This document shows, piece by piece, positions 9,222 to 17,946 of a stretch of 64,000 nt of DNA. Position 1 is the stretch's first letter, and the number at the start of each line of letters is the position of its first letter. Below the pieces are notes generated by a model, which saw only the letters and a program-made list of their open reading frames with translations, was not told the origin of the DNA and ran no database searches. Source of the DNA: Naegleria gruberi (lineage: Eukaryota); the NCBI GenBank assembly GCA_000004985.1, contig GG738858.1, one strand, 5' to 3'. The translations under genes and the position numbers were made by a program.

Positions 9222-11465
9222 ATGCAAAACCTTCCTCTTGCTTCTTCATCTGTCGATTCAAATAATCTAGTGCTAGTCATGAACGGAAATCCAACCACCA
9301 CGACAACAAGCACCACTACAAATAACAATAGTAGTGTCAACAATAGGCAAACTCCACAACAACCATTATTTATGAACCCTTCCCAATCCTTCCTTCCAAA
9401 ACAGCAACAACAACAACAAAACATGCCACAACAACAACCAATAATATTCTTCCAGAACCACCTCATGCCTCAAACACAAAATTCTCTCCCAACTACAAAC
9501 GGTGCAAACTCTACAAGTAGTACACCAGTAGCATCTAATGCATCAAATACGAGCACCTCTCAGAATGGAGAGAATGTTGTAGATGTGGAAAACTTTGCCA
9601 AATTCCAACAAGAGCAAGCAAAACAATTCAGTTTATTTCAACAACAACAAGCTGCTGCCTTCTTACATTTGGCCATTCAACAAAAACAATTGGAAGTCGC
9701 CCAATTCGCTAGTGCCATGAATATGCCGCTTCCAAATAGCTTCCTTATACCTAATAACAACACATCTACCAATTTCCATCCTGGAGGTCTTGTAAATTCG
9801 CAACCTATTTTCATTCCAAATAGTCATAATCCAGTCACACCTTTTGACCAGAATTCACCAATGAGTGAATCCATCCTAAGTTCTAGCCCATCCAACATGA
9901 CGGGTTTACATCATGTACATCACGCAGCTTCCTCCTCCTCAGATTTTGACGCTGAATCAACAGCTGCATCAGTAAGTGATAAGAGTCAAGTCTTATTATC
10001 CAACCAACGAAGAACAGGTCCTGTAAGAAGGTCCAGAAAAGGAGGTTGGTCAGAGGAAGAGGATGAAATGCTGAGAGCTGCAGTACAAACATATGGAGGG
10101 AAGAATTGGAAAAAGATTGCGGAAACACTTCAAAATAGAACTAGTGTGCAATGTTTGCACAGATGGCAAAAAGTATTAAATCCAAACCTTGTAAAGGGAC
10201 CTTGGACAAAGGAAGAGGATGACAAGATTTTACAACTTGTTAAAACATATGGTCCAGAAAATTGGAGCATGATCGCATCACATTTACCAGGAAGAATTGG
10301 TAAACAATGTAGAGAAAGATGGTACAATCACTTGGATCCTAGTATAAAGAAGGAACCTTGGACAGAGGAAGAAGAAACACTTCTTCTCGATGCTCAAAGT
10401 AAACTTGGAAATAAGTGGGCTGAAATTTCCAAACTCATCGTTGGACGTACAGATAACGCTTGCAAAAACCATTTCAATTCACTGATCGCTAGGGAAAAGA
10501 AGAAGGATACAACTAAAGAGACATCAAAATCAACAGAGCCAACACCAGTAAGAAAAACCAAAAAGACAACAAAGAAGGAAGATTCTGCTCTCAGTCGTGC
10601 CAGACACAAGAGATCAATCTCCGATACAGCATTCTATCAAAACTATCAATATGAATCGAGAGATTCTGGTACATTGACACTTTCTCCAATGGCTCAATCT
10701 AATAATTCCACTGGTTCTGGAGGAAACTCTCCAAATGCCAATAATTTGCACCATGCAAACAACAACACACTTTCAACCAACCACTTTTTCTCGAATTTAG
10801 CTCCTCCTACTCTCTTCCCATTCAATAGCAACCACATGATGATGCAAAACCCTAATTTAATGCAACAAAATGTAATACCAATCTTTAGACACAACAATGT
10901 ACAAAAACAACCACTACCAGCTTCTCAGAACGCATTTACACAGAATAACATCATTCCAAACATTGATATTTCCTCACCTGGTCTTTCGACACCAACAGAT
11001 CTCTTCCATGATTTGTCAGCTTTTGAGGCAGTGGTTCCTTCTAATAATAATAACAATGGAAATGGAGATGTAGATGTACTTGCAGATGTTCAAGATACAC
11101 TAATCAATCAAGTTGGTTCTGGGTTGATAAATAATTTCGATGTATTCGAAGCTCATGAAAGTGAAGTTTTAATACACAGCGAAGATAGTAACGATGAAAT
11201 GAACATTACACCAACACCTGGATCAAGGAATAGACCATCAACAGTTTTTAATGAAGATATGGACTTTAATGAATTTGATGGAGAATCAGATCTCAATAAT
11301 TTCCTGGATGATGATAACAATGATGATCAAATCAATAGCGGCCTATTCCCAATTCCTTTTGCTGACAGAGAAACCAAGAGAAAGAAGTTTAATCACGTTT
11401 TTCATAACAGATCGATATCATTCGATGTTTCCCAGTTAGGACAAAATAAGGACTTTTTCCTTTAA
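9222..11465 (+). CDS. R1R2R3 (c-Myb-type) Myb transcription factor with N/Q/T-rich flanking regions
   Basis: ATG 9222, TAA 11463-11465. Three consecutive Myb repeats with regularly spaced Trp: KGGWSEEEDEMLRAAVQTYGGKNWKKIA..., KGPWTKEEDDKILQLVKTYGPENWSMIA..., KEPWTEEEETLLLDAQSKLGNKWAEISK... Coding CAA/ACA/AAC low-complexity tracts. Confidence 0.85.
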   Translation: MQNLPLASSSVDSNNLVLVMNGNPTTTTTSTTTNNNSSVNNRQTPQQPLFMNPSQSFLPKQQQQQQNMPQQQPIIFFQNHLMPQTQNSLPTTNGANSTSSTPVASNASNTSTSQNGENVVDVENFAKFQQEQAKQFSLFQQQQAAAFLHLAIQQKQLEVAQFASAMNMPLPNSFLIPNNNTSTNFHPGGLVNSQPIFIPNSHNPVTPFDQNSPMSESILSSSPSNMTGLHHVHHAASSSSDFDAESTAASVSDKSQVLLSNQRRTGPVRRSRKGGWSEEEDEMLRAAVQTYGGKNWKKIAETLQNRTSVQCLHRWQKVLNPNLVKGPWTKEEDDKILQLVKTYGPENWSMIASHLPGRIGKQCRERWYNHLDPSIKKEPWTEEEETLLLDAQSKLGNKWAEISKLIVGRTDNACKNHFNSLIAREKKKDTTKETSKSTEPTPVRKTKKTTKKEDSALSRARHKRSISDTAFYQNYQYESRDSGTLTLSPMAQSNNSTGSGGNSPNANNLHHANNNTLSTNHFFSNLAPPTLFPFNSNHMMMQNPNLMQQNVIPIFRHNNVQKQPLPASQNAFTQNNIIPNIDISSPGLSTPTDLFHDLSAFEAVVPSNNNNNGNGDVDVLADVQDTLINQVGSGLINNFDVFEAHESEVLIHSEDSNDEMNITPTPGSRNRPSTVFNEDMDFNEFDGESDLNNFLDDDNNDDQINSGLFPIPFADRETKRKKFNHVFHNRSISFDVSQLGQNKDFFL
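9285..9470 (+). repeat. Coding ACC/ACA/CAA low-complexity tract (poly-T/N/Q) inside the Myb gene
   Basis: Runs such as accaccacgacaacaagcaccactaca and caacaacaacaacaaaac; produces the spurious poly-Cys ORF 9179-9466 on the opposite strand. Confidence 0.7.
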
Positions 11466-11466
11466 T

Positions 11467-12035
11467 TTACAATGAATAAAGGAATGGAGTATACCTCTTA
11501 TAAGTAATACTATCAGGTGGTCGTTTCTCTCTATCAGCCATATAGATTGAAAACTTTCTAGGAATACCATATTTCAGTGCATGACGATCTCCTTCCTTCC
11601 ACATATCCAATGCATATTTACCAGCTTCTAATTCATTTAAAATTAAATAGGGACTAAAATCATCTTTGGTTGCTTCAAAATGTGCTCTCAATGTCTAAAA
11701 TCAAAAGTATCAATAATTTTTAAATTATTATTCCAATCATCCAATAATAGCAATTAATATTATAAATATTAATTCAAATAATTATTATCAATTCCGAAAT
11801 TTAATTTACAAAATAAATCCAATTTGATATATACCTGTTTGCTAACTTCCCTCACAGCAAGAGGAAGTGTTTTATTCAATTGTCTAATCCACTCCCGATA
11901 CAAAGACAAAACCTTTGGCTTTGAATATTGTTCCACAAATAAATCCACATCATTTCCGAATGATTTTAATAATTTCCTCCTCTGAAAACTTCTCCGTATC
12001 TGATTAGGAATTGTATAGAATTCAAATCTTGGCAT
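11467..12035 (-). CDS. LYR-motif protein, NDUFA6/B14-like (mitochondrial complex I accessory subunit), 2 exons
   Basis: Exon 1 12035-11835 carries the LYR motif (KVLSLYREWIRQL). 140-nt intron. Exon 2 11694-11467 (TLRAHFEATKDDFSPYLILNELEAGKYALDMWKEGDRHALKY...) resembles the NDUFA6 C-terminal region. 142 aa total. Confidence 0.55.
11695..11834 (-). other. Spliceosomal intron (140 nt, GTATAT...TTTTAG), phase 0, very AT-rich
   Basis: Donor right after ...AAA CAG; acceptor TTTTAG followed by ACA TTG AGA. Confidence 0.6.
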
Positions 12036-12147
12036 TTTTAAATAATTTTTTTGATTTTTTAATAATTTTCAAAAGGAATTTAAATTTGGAACGAAAGAAA
12101 TCGGAGTTCAATTATAATTAAAATTTTCAAGAATACATTACAAAAAA

Positions 12148-12474
12148 ATGCAACCACATGATTCTCCTCGGATAGAGGAAGAAGAACCAATTCTTGAGAT
12201 GAATCGGCAACGTTTTCTATCAAGTAATGATGAAAATTCTTCATCTTTTCAAAATATTGAAAATATTGAAGATGGAAACCAAATTAATTCAACTCCAAAA
12301 ATAGATAATTTTCAAATGGAAACTTGTACAACTTGTAATAGAAATAATTGTAACAAGAATTCAATTTTAAAAATTCCAAAAATTAAAATTGTAAAGGAAA
12401 ATTTTGAACAATTACAAAATTGGATGTTTATTCACCATCCGAAACTCTATCATGTGATTGATGAAACTTGGTGA
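12148..12474 (+). CDS. Hypothetical small acidic protein (108 aa)
   Basis: ATG-initiated ORF in otherwise ORF-poor AT-rich DNA, divergent from the LYR gene; no recognisable domain. Confidence 0.3.
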   Translation: MQPHDSPRIEEEEPILEMNRQRFLSSNDENSSSFQNIENIEDGNQINSTPKIDNFQMETCTTCNRNNCNKNSILKIPKIKIVKENFEQLQNWMFIHHPKLYHVIDETW

Positions 12475-12802
12475 TACTTGAAGAATGCATTTATTTGTTT
12501 CTTTTTTGTTCCTTTAATTATTGTTGCCATTATTGTAGCGGTAATAATTTTGATTTTCAAGAATTAAACGAAACTTTAGAATTGGAAAATTGAGACGTGA
12601 CAAAGAATGAATTGAAAATCATTGTGAGATACTTTCATTGAAAATTCTTACACAATTCACCTTTTGAAATTCAATTTCTAATAGATTCCAACAAGTTTCT
12701 TCTCAAATAAATTGCATTCTTTTTCTGTAACTATTCTTCATATGAAAAACATCATTTCTCAAATGATTTTACAAAATTTATTACAAAAATATCTTTAAAA
12801 AA

Positions 12803-14329
12803 ATGTTTCAACATCTCGACAATGACTCCCTCGCAAATATTATGAATTTTCTCAGCCTTTTTGATGTGATTGAAAACTTGGCGTTGGTAAATTCGCGTCT
12901 TTTCCGTTTGATGAACTTGGAAAATGATCATCAAGGAACCATTACGAATTTATTGATGGAAAGAATTTTATTCTCGGAAGAGGAGATGGATCTGATTGGA
13001 ATGTTGAATAGATTGGAGAGGGCTGTGTGTTTTGAGTCTCTTCTGAGTGATTTGGAGAGGGAGGTTGTTGATTGTGGTGTTTTGAAGGAGATTTTTGAGA
13101 GGAATAAATATGAGGAGGTTTCAGTGAAGGAGTGTGTGAAGGGGATGGATTGGAAGAGAGTCGTTAGGATTGAGAAGTATGATGAATTGAGGATTTGTGT
13201 GGAGCTGGGGCGGAGATTAGGCTATTTGGATGCATGTTGGTTGTATGAAAATCAAAAAATAGGGAGGAAACCTTTCCAATTGTTTTATAGTCATGAAATG
13301 GATGGTTACTCTGAAGGTAATCTATTATTTCTAGATTTTCTGCAACTGGTTAAGGCATATGAATTGTCAATGGATAAGATTTACAAAATTCACCTCTACT
13401 TTGTCAATAATCAACTAAAAATCTCGAAAATAGTTTCTCGAGCAAGAGAGGGACAAAAATTAACTGAAAAGGAAATTTTAGTGAAGGATTACAAGTATTT
13501 ATATGAAAAAATGTTGGGATATAGTGGAATTGTTGGTACACTGGACTTGAAAGTGCTCTCTTACCAAGAAGGTGTAGAAAACAATGTTACTATTTCAACT
13601 GTGGATATTCAATCTGCAAAAGTTTATAGAAGCACTTGCTGTACTCTCAGAAATGGTGAGACTAATGTTGGTCAATTATTCGCAGTCAACCAATTTTTCG
13701 ATGCCATTTCAAGACCAACTAAATGTGGAGATTTGAGACTTTCCCAAAAAGGAGACATCACACTGTGGACTATTTCAAGACAGGAAATAAGGAAAATGAT
13801 TAGACCTTTTGTAATTTATCCAGTGTTGTATTTTCCATTAGCAATATATTCACATTTCAAGTTTGTGAATTATGACTTTGGATGGAATGAGACACAAGTT
13901 CATCCATATCTCCACTTTTTCGATTGTTTGGTTTTCACTTTTTTGAGCTTGGTTGGAATAGATAACTTGACAATTAGAATTCGTAGGATTCCCAGAAATG
14001 ATGCCATAATTATGTTGTTGTGCACTTTAGGAATATTTCTTGTCAAGTTAACTATTTGTATATTTGGAACGAGCCACCCACTTCGATCCTTCATTAACAC
14101 CTTTTCATTCTCTGCACCATTCATCCTCTCCAGTGTACCATTCATTTATGGATTAAATTTATATCCAAAGGCATTGTTCTGGTATTGGAGATCAACCAAT
14201 TGGTTCTATAATAATATAGTTGTGAAAAAAACAGGTGGATTTTTGAGGAAATGTGTGGATTGGATTACAAATTATTATTCCTTAAATGGTGTTCAGCATG
14301 ACAGTTCAACTCGTTGCGCAATTAATTAG
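12803..14329 (+). CDS. F-box-like protein with C-terminal multi-pass membrane region (hypothetical)
   Basis: N-terminal F-box-like helix pattern (LANIMNFLSLFDVIENLALVNSRLFRLM). C-terminal third contains 4-5 hydrophobic helices. 508-aa uninterrupted ORF. Confidence 0.55.
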   Translation: MFQHLDNDSLANIMNFLSLFDVIENLALVNSRLFRLMNLENDHQGTITNLLMERILFSEEEMDLIGMLNRLERAVCFESLLSDLEREVVDCGVLKEIFERNKYEEVSVKECVKGMDWKRVVRIEKYDELRICVELGRRLGYLDACWLYENQKIGRKPFQLFYSHEMDGYSEGNLLFLDFLQLVKAYELSMDKIYKIHLYFVNNQLKISKIVSRAREGQKLTEKEILVKDYKYLYEKMLGYSGIVGTLDLKVLSYQEGVENNVTISTVDIQSAKVYRSTCCTLRNGETNVGQLFAVNQFFDAISRPTKCGDLRLSQKGDITLWTISRQEIRKMIRPFVIYPVLYFPLAIYSHFKFVNYDFGWNETQVHPYLHFFDCLVFTFLSLVGIDNLTIRIRRIPRNDAIIMLLCTLGIFLVKLTICIFGTSHPLRSFINTFSFSAPFILSSVPFIYGLNLYPKALFWYWRSTNWFYNNIVVKKTGGFLRKCVDWITNYYSLNGVQHDSSTRCAIN

Positions 14330-14690
14330 GAAATTTACAAATATTGAAATTACAGTTTACAAAAAAGTTAGTGAGTGAAGGTAGTTTCGATCTACCACCT
14401 TAGAATCTACCAAGCTTCCTATGTTCTCCCATTTAAACTATTCACCCACAAATTCTTTTCTCTACATAATTCAAGCTTTATCCTAAAGTTCATCTATAAA
14501 TAGAGATGGTTTTGGTTTTGGATTAAATTTATAAAAAGAATGACAAGATAAATTGTTTGATATGAGAATATTGATATTTATTTGGTTACCAATAAGAGGT
14601 ATTGAATATTACCCAAAAAAAACAAAGTTTACAAAAAATGATAATATTTCAATACTATTGATTGTAATTAATATTGAAACGAATGATGAT

Positions 14691-14849
14691 TTACCAACCA
14701 GCTGGTTTACTACAAGTTGGACATTTCAAACCAACTTTTCCAGATGGAGAACTTTTACATCCAGGGCAAACTCTGTGGGAACAACCATTCTTACAAGAAA
14801 TTGAAGATAAAGTTGAAGCATTGAAACTACACCACTCACACTTGGCCAT
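14691..14849 (-). CDS. Mini RING-HC-type zinc-finger protein (52 aa), copy A; not in ORF track (<60 aa)
   Basis: ATG 14849-14847, TAA 14693-14691. Protein MAKCEWCSFNASTLSSISCKNGCSHRVCPGCKSSPSGKVGLKCPTCSKPAGW. Cys/His spacing C-x2-C-x15-C-x1-H-x2-C-x2-C-x11-C-x2-C fits the C3HC4 RING consensus. 51/52 aa identical to copy B. Confidence 0.55.
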   Translation of the reverse strand: MAKCEWCSFNASTLSSISCKNGCSHRVCPGCKSSPSGKVGLKCPTCSKPAGW

Positions 14850-15351
14850 TTCGAAAATATTTCTTTTGATTTTTGGGTTAATAACAAAACAGTTGAATTG
14901 TTTTTTTGTTTGGTGGAAAATGAAATCATGCAGTTGGTTGGCCTATTTATTGTATTTGTTGTTGGAAAGTTATTGGAAACAATCTCTTTGGAACAGGTCT
15001 GAACTTGGATTTTGAGCCACATTTCAATGAAAACACGTGTTGCAAGAAAAGTTCATGACCATCAATTTAATGTTCAGTATTTGTTCATGGTCACGACTGG
15101 ATCTTCAAGATCATAAAAGTTTCGAATAAATCCATGTTGTGTCCATTCTTGATAGTTAACCAATCAATGCAAGAGGGCTATTTAAATTGTAAAACGAAAA
15201 TAAATGGTGAAATAATACTATTCACTCACTGACTCCCTGAAACAATTCTAATATCTCATCATGCAAAATATCTTTCGAATAAATTGAGTTGATCCACAAC
15301 CAATTTCTCAAAACAAATCAAAAAAACAATTCTAAACAATCATTAATCAAA
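14850..15351. promoter_or_regulatory. Shared 502-bp divergent promoter region between the two inverted mini-RING genes
   Basis: Head-to-head arrangement. Both 5' flanks contain a CAAAAAAACAATTC motif about 40-55 nt upstream of the ATG. Confidence 0.35.
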
Positions 15352-15510
15352 ATGGCCAAGTGTGACTGGTGCAGTTTCAATGCTTCAACTTTATCTTCAA
15401 TCTCTTGTAAGAATGGTTGTTCTCATAGAGTTTGTCCTGGATGTAAAAGTTCTCCATCTGGAAAAGTTGGTTTGAAATGCCCAACTTGTAGTAAACCTGC
15501 TGGTTGGTAA
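15352..15510 (+). CDS. Mini RING-HC-type zinc-finger protein (52 aa), copy B
   Basis: ATG 15352, TAA 15508-15510. MAKCDWCSFNASTLSSISCKNGCSHRVCPGCKSSPSGKVGLKCPTCSKPAGW. Same C3HC4 spacing. The ORF track extends it upstream with a non-ATG start. Confidence 0.55.
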   Translation: MAKCDWCSFNASTLSSISCKNGCSHRVCPGCKSSPSGKVGLKCPTCSKPAGW

Positions 15511-15663
15511 AATTGACCAACTCAAGTTGGAATCTTTCGTTTTTTTGCTAAAGTTTCTTTTTTTTTTCGATATTTCAGATTCCCTTATTCTAATAGTTTA
15601 CATTCCAATAAATGCAACAAATTTAAACTAATGTTTCCATAATAAGAATTATATTTAATGAAT

Positions 15664-16611
15664 TTAGTATACGCATTCTTTCAATGATTTTCCATATTTA
15701 CGCAATTGATTAAAGATTCTAATCAATTGTTCACAATCTTCAATCTTTGGCAATTGATTTCCAGTTTCAAAAGTTGCCGTAGTTTTCTTGGCATCACCAA
15801 CCTCCTCACTGTCCATAATCTTTCCAAAATATTCTCTACTCTGCATCAATTTATCTTCCCATTTGTCTGCGAATGAGCTCACTTCTTTACTTTTTAGGCA
15901 AGAGTTCATGGCCACAGGGATAGCCACACTGCATCCAACTGCCATGGCCACACCAACTCCAGCCACAATAGGAACTCCCACAAAAGCACCAATAAATGTA
16001 GTAATTGCAGCAATTCCCAATCCAACTAACCCAACCAAGGACACAATTCCCAAAATAATGCATGCCCAAAAGTATTTCTTTGCTTTGGCTCTCAGAATAT
16101 TCTCAATATGATTCACAGAAGATTCAAGAGTGCTTCTATACCGTGGATGTGTAATCAGTTTCAAATGATCATGAATTACTGTCATTCTCTTCACATAGGA
16201 TTCCTGGTTGACTTGGTTGAAAATGTCCTTAAATAGCTCAACACCCATTTCACCAATTTCAATAAGGAAATTTCCATGTAACAATATAGCATAAATAGCT
16301 TCCCTAAATGATTCTCTTTCACTTTCTTTCAGAAACAAGTAACAATCCTTAATGCATTTACTCATTTCTTGCTCAGTCGATGAAAAATCTTGTTTTTCCA
16401 TTTCGTCTGCAATTTCTTTCAAATCTTTCTTGTCGTCGTTGTTGTCATTATGAATTGGCTTGTTCTCATTGCTCAGGTCTATATTTTGCCAGGTTTCAAT
16501 GTAGACGTAATCGTCCAAGATGTCAAAACAATCGACAATGTCAAGGCAAGTTTGTTGAGTTTCTTCTGGTTTCTGATTGGAACTATCTTTCTTTGTGTGC
16601 CGTTGACCCAT
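15664..16611 (-). CDS. N-myristoylation-motif protein with C-terminal glycine-zipper membrane hairpin, paralog A (unknown family)
   Basis: ATG 16611-16609. MGQRHT (Gly2, Thr6 = N-myristoylation consensus). Helical N-terminal ~190 aa, then ILGIVSLVGLVGLGIAAITTFIGAFVGVPIVAGVGVAMAVGCSVAIPV (about 48-aa GxxxG-rich hairpin), then ~70-aa tail. 315 aa. Paralog of 17947-18894. Confidence 0.75.
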   Translation of the reverse strand: MGQRHTKKDSSNQKPEETQQTCLDIVDCFDILDDYVYIETWQNIDLSNENKPIHNDNNDDKKDLKEIADEMEKQDFSSTEQEMSKCIKDCYLFLKESERESFREAIYAILLHGNFLIEIGEMGVELFKDIFNQVNQESYVKRMTVIHDHLKLITHPRYRSTLESSVNHIENILRAKAKKYFWACIILGIVSLVGLVGLGIAAITTFIGAFVGVPIVAGVGVAMAVGCSVAIPVAMNSCLKSKEVSSFADKWEDKLMQSREYFGKIMDSEEVGDAKKTTATFETGNQLPKIEDCEQLIRIFNQLRKYGKSLKECVY

Positions 16612-16968
16612 TTACTTGAATTGCCGTTTTTTTTGAAAATATTAATGGAGTTGTGGCACAGATATTTATTCGAAACGTGAATTGACAATTGATTTTCTCT
16701 CAATCACTTGTTTGTCTCAAACTTGTAAATTTCTGCTACGATAGAAGGAGGTACATTAATTCTACTCCTATCCTTAAATGACAAGATGTTGGAATGTGCT
16801 AAAAAACGTGATCATTCTTTACAATTTTAACAAGATTCGAAACTTTCCATTGGGTAAAGACTAAATATAAAAAGACTGCAGCTCCACAAATTACCAAGTT
16901 ATCTCCAACCTCTTGAAATATTGAAATTTTGAATCGATTCAATTCTATCTTAAATATTGTAAAAAAAA

Positions 16969-17904
16969 ATGAGTAAACGAAACAGACAAGATTTCGAATA
17001 TATTAAATTAATTACCAATTCGGAGGAAATATTCACGGAAGAGAAAGCAAAAGCTATGAAACTGCACCACCAACAACACGAAGATAATGACATATTTTCC
17101 GATGATATTTGCTTTGAAATAATTTCCATGCTTGATGATTCGTGGTTTATTCTAAATAATTGCACTTTAATTTCAAAACAATTCTGTCAGGTGATCAAGG
17201 AACGCTCTAAACTAGTTATTCAATTTAAAAAACCATTGACAGAGAGACGAGTTGAATTATTAAGGAAAAGTCAATTTATGAATTGTATTGTTAATGTTAA
17301 ATTTAATGAAATGTTGTTGGAATTGAGAGAAAATATCAAATTTATAAGTGAAATGAAACAATTAACATCACTTGATGTTTCTGACAATGAAATTGGAAAT
17401 GTAGGAGCTAAACATATAAGTGAAATGAAACAATTAACATCACTTAATATATGTAATAATCGAATTGGTGATGAAGGAGCTAAATTCATAAGCGAAATGC
17501 AACAATTAACATTACTTGATATTTCTGATAATCATATTGGTGATAAGGGAGTTAAATTTATAAGTGAAATGAAACAATTGACATCATTCAATATTTCTGA
17601 TGATCTAATTGGTAATGTAGGAGCCAAATCTATAAGTGAAATGCAACAATTAACATCACTTGATGTTTCTGATAATCATATTGGTGATAGTGGAGTAAAA
17701 TTCATCAGTGAAATGAAACAATTAACATCACTCAATATTGCTATCAATCGAGTTGGTGATGAAGGAGCCAAACTCATAAGTGAAATGAAACAATTAAGAT
17801 CACTTAATATTTCTGACAATGAACTTGGTGATGAAGGAGTCAAATTCATAAGTGAAATGAAACAATTAAGATCAAATTGTTTGGGTATTGTACAGCAGAA
17901 TTGA
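16969..17904 (+). CDS. F-box-like / RNI-type leucine-rich-repeat protein (FBXL-like)
   Basis: ATG 16969. N-terminal F-box-like segment (DDICFEIISMLDDSWFILNNCTLISKQFCQVI) followed by about 8 near-identical 24-aa LRRs (ISEMKQLTSLDVSDNEIGNVGAKH...). Confidence 0.85.
   Translation: MSKRNRQDFEYIKLITNSEEIFTEEKAKAMKLHHQQHEDNDIFSDDICFEIISMLDDSWFILNNCTLISKQFCQVIKERSKLVIQFKKPLTERRVELLRKSQFMNCIVNVKFNEMLLELRENIKFISEMKQLTSLDVSDNEIGNVGAKHISEMKQLTSLNICNNRIGDEGAKFISEMQQLTLLDISDNHIGDKGVKFISEMKQLTSFNISDDLIGNVGAKSISEMQQLTSLDVSDNHIGDSGVKFISEMKQLTSLNIAINRVGDEGAKLISEMKQLRSLNISDNELGDEGVKFISEMKQLRSNCLGIVQQN
17338..17880 (+). repeat. Tandem 72-bp coding repeat (about 7.5 copies, more than 85% nt identity) encoding the RNI-type LRR array
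   Basis: Repeated ataagtgaaatgaaacaattaacatcact...ggtgat/ggaaat...ggagctaaa units visible by eye. Confidence 0.85.
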
Positions 17905-17946
17905 AAGATTGTTCAACAAATTATTTTCCAAAATGATTTAATTATT

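Noticed and set aside
9179-9466. 95-aa poly-Cys ORF on the minus strand
   Set aside because: Reverse complement of the CAA/ACA/ACC low-complexity coding tract of the Myb gene. It is a strand artefact and not a metallothionein-like gene.
14553-15022. Overlapping 83/113/98-aa ORFs around 14553-15022
   Set aside because: They are alternative-frame readings over the mini-RING copy A and its promoter. The conserved, duplicated 52-aa RING reading frame is the credible gene.
15788-16111. Plus-strand ORFs antisense to the glycine-zipper paralogs (15788-16111, 15887-16069, 18059-18442, 18167-18352)
   Set aside because: They mirror the glycine/alanine-rich hairpin codons of the minus-strand genes (GGN/GCN read in reverse gives Pro/Ala/Thr-rich frames). 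The minus-strand genes have ATG starts, a myristoylation motif and paralog conservation.
16969-17904. Regular ~72-bp repeats as a possible CRISPR array
   Set aside because: Repeats are contiguous with no spacers, lie inside a long ORF and translate to a canonical RNI-type leucine-rich repeat; the organism is eukaryotic.
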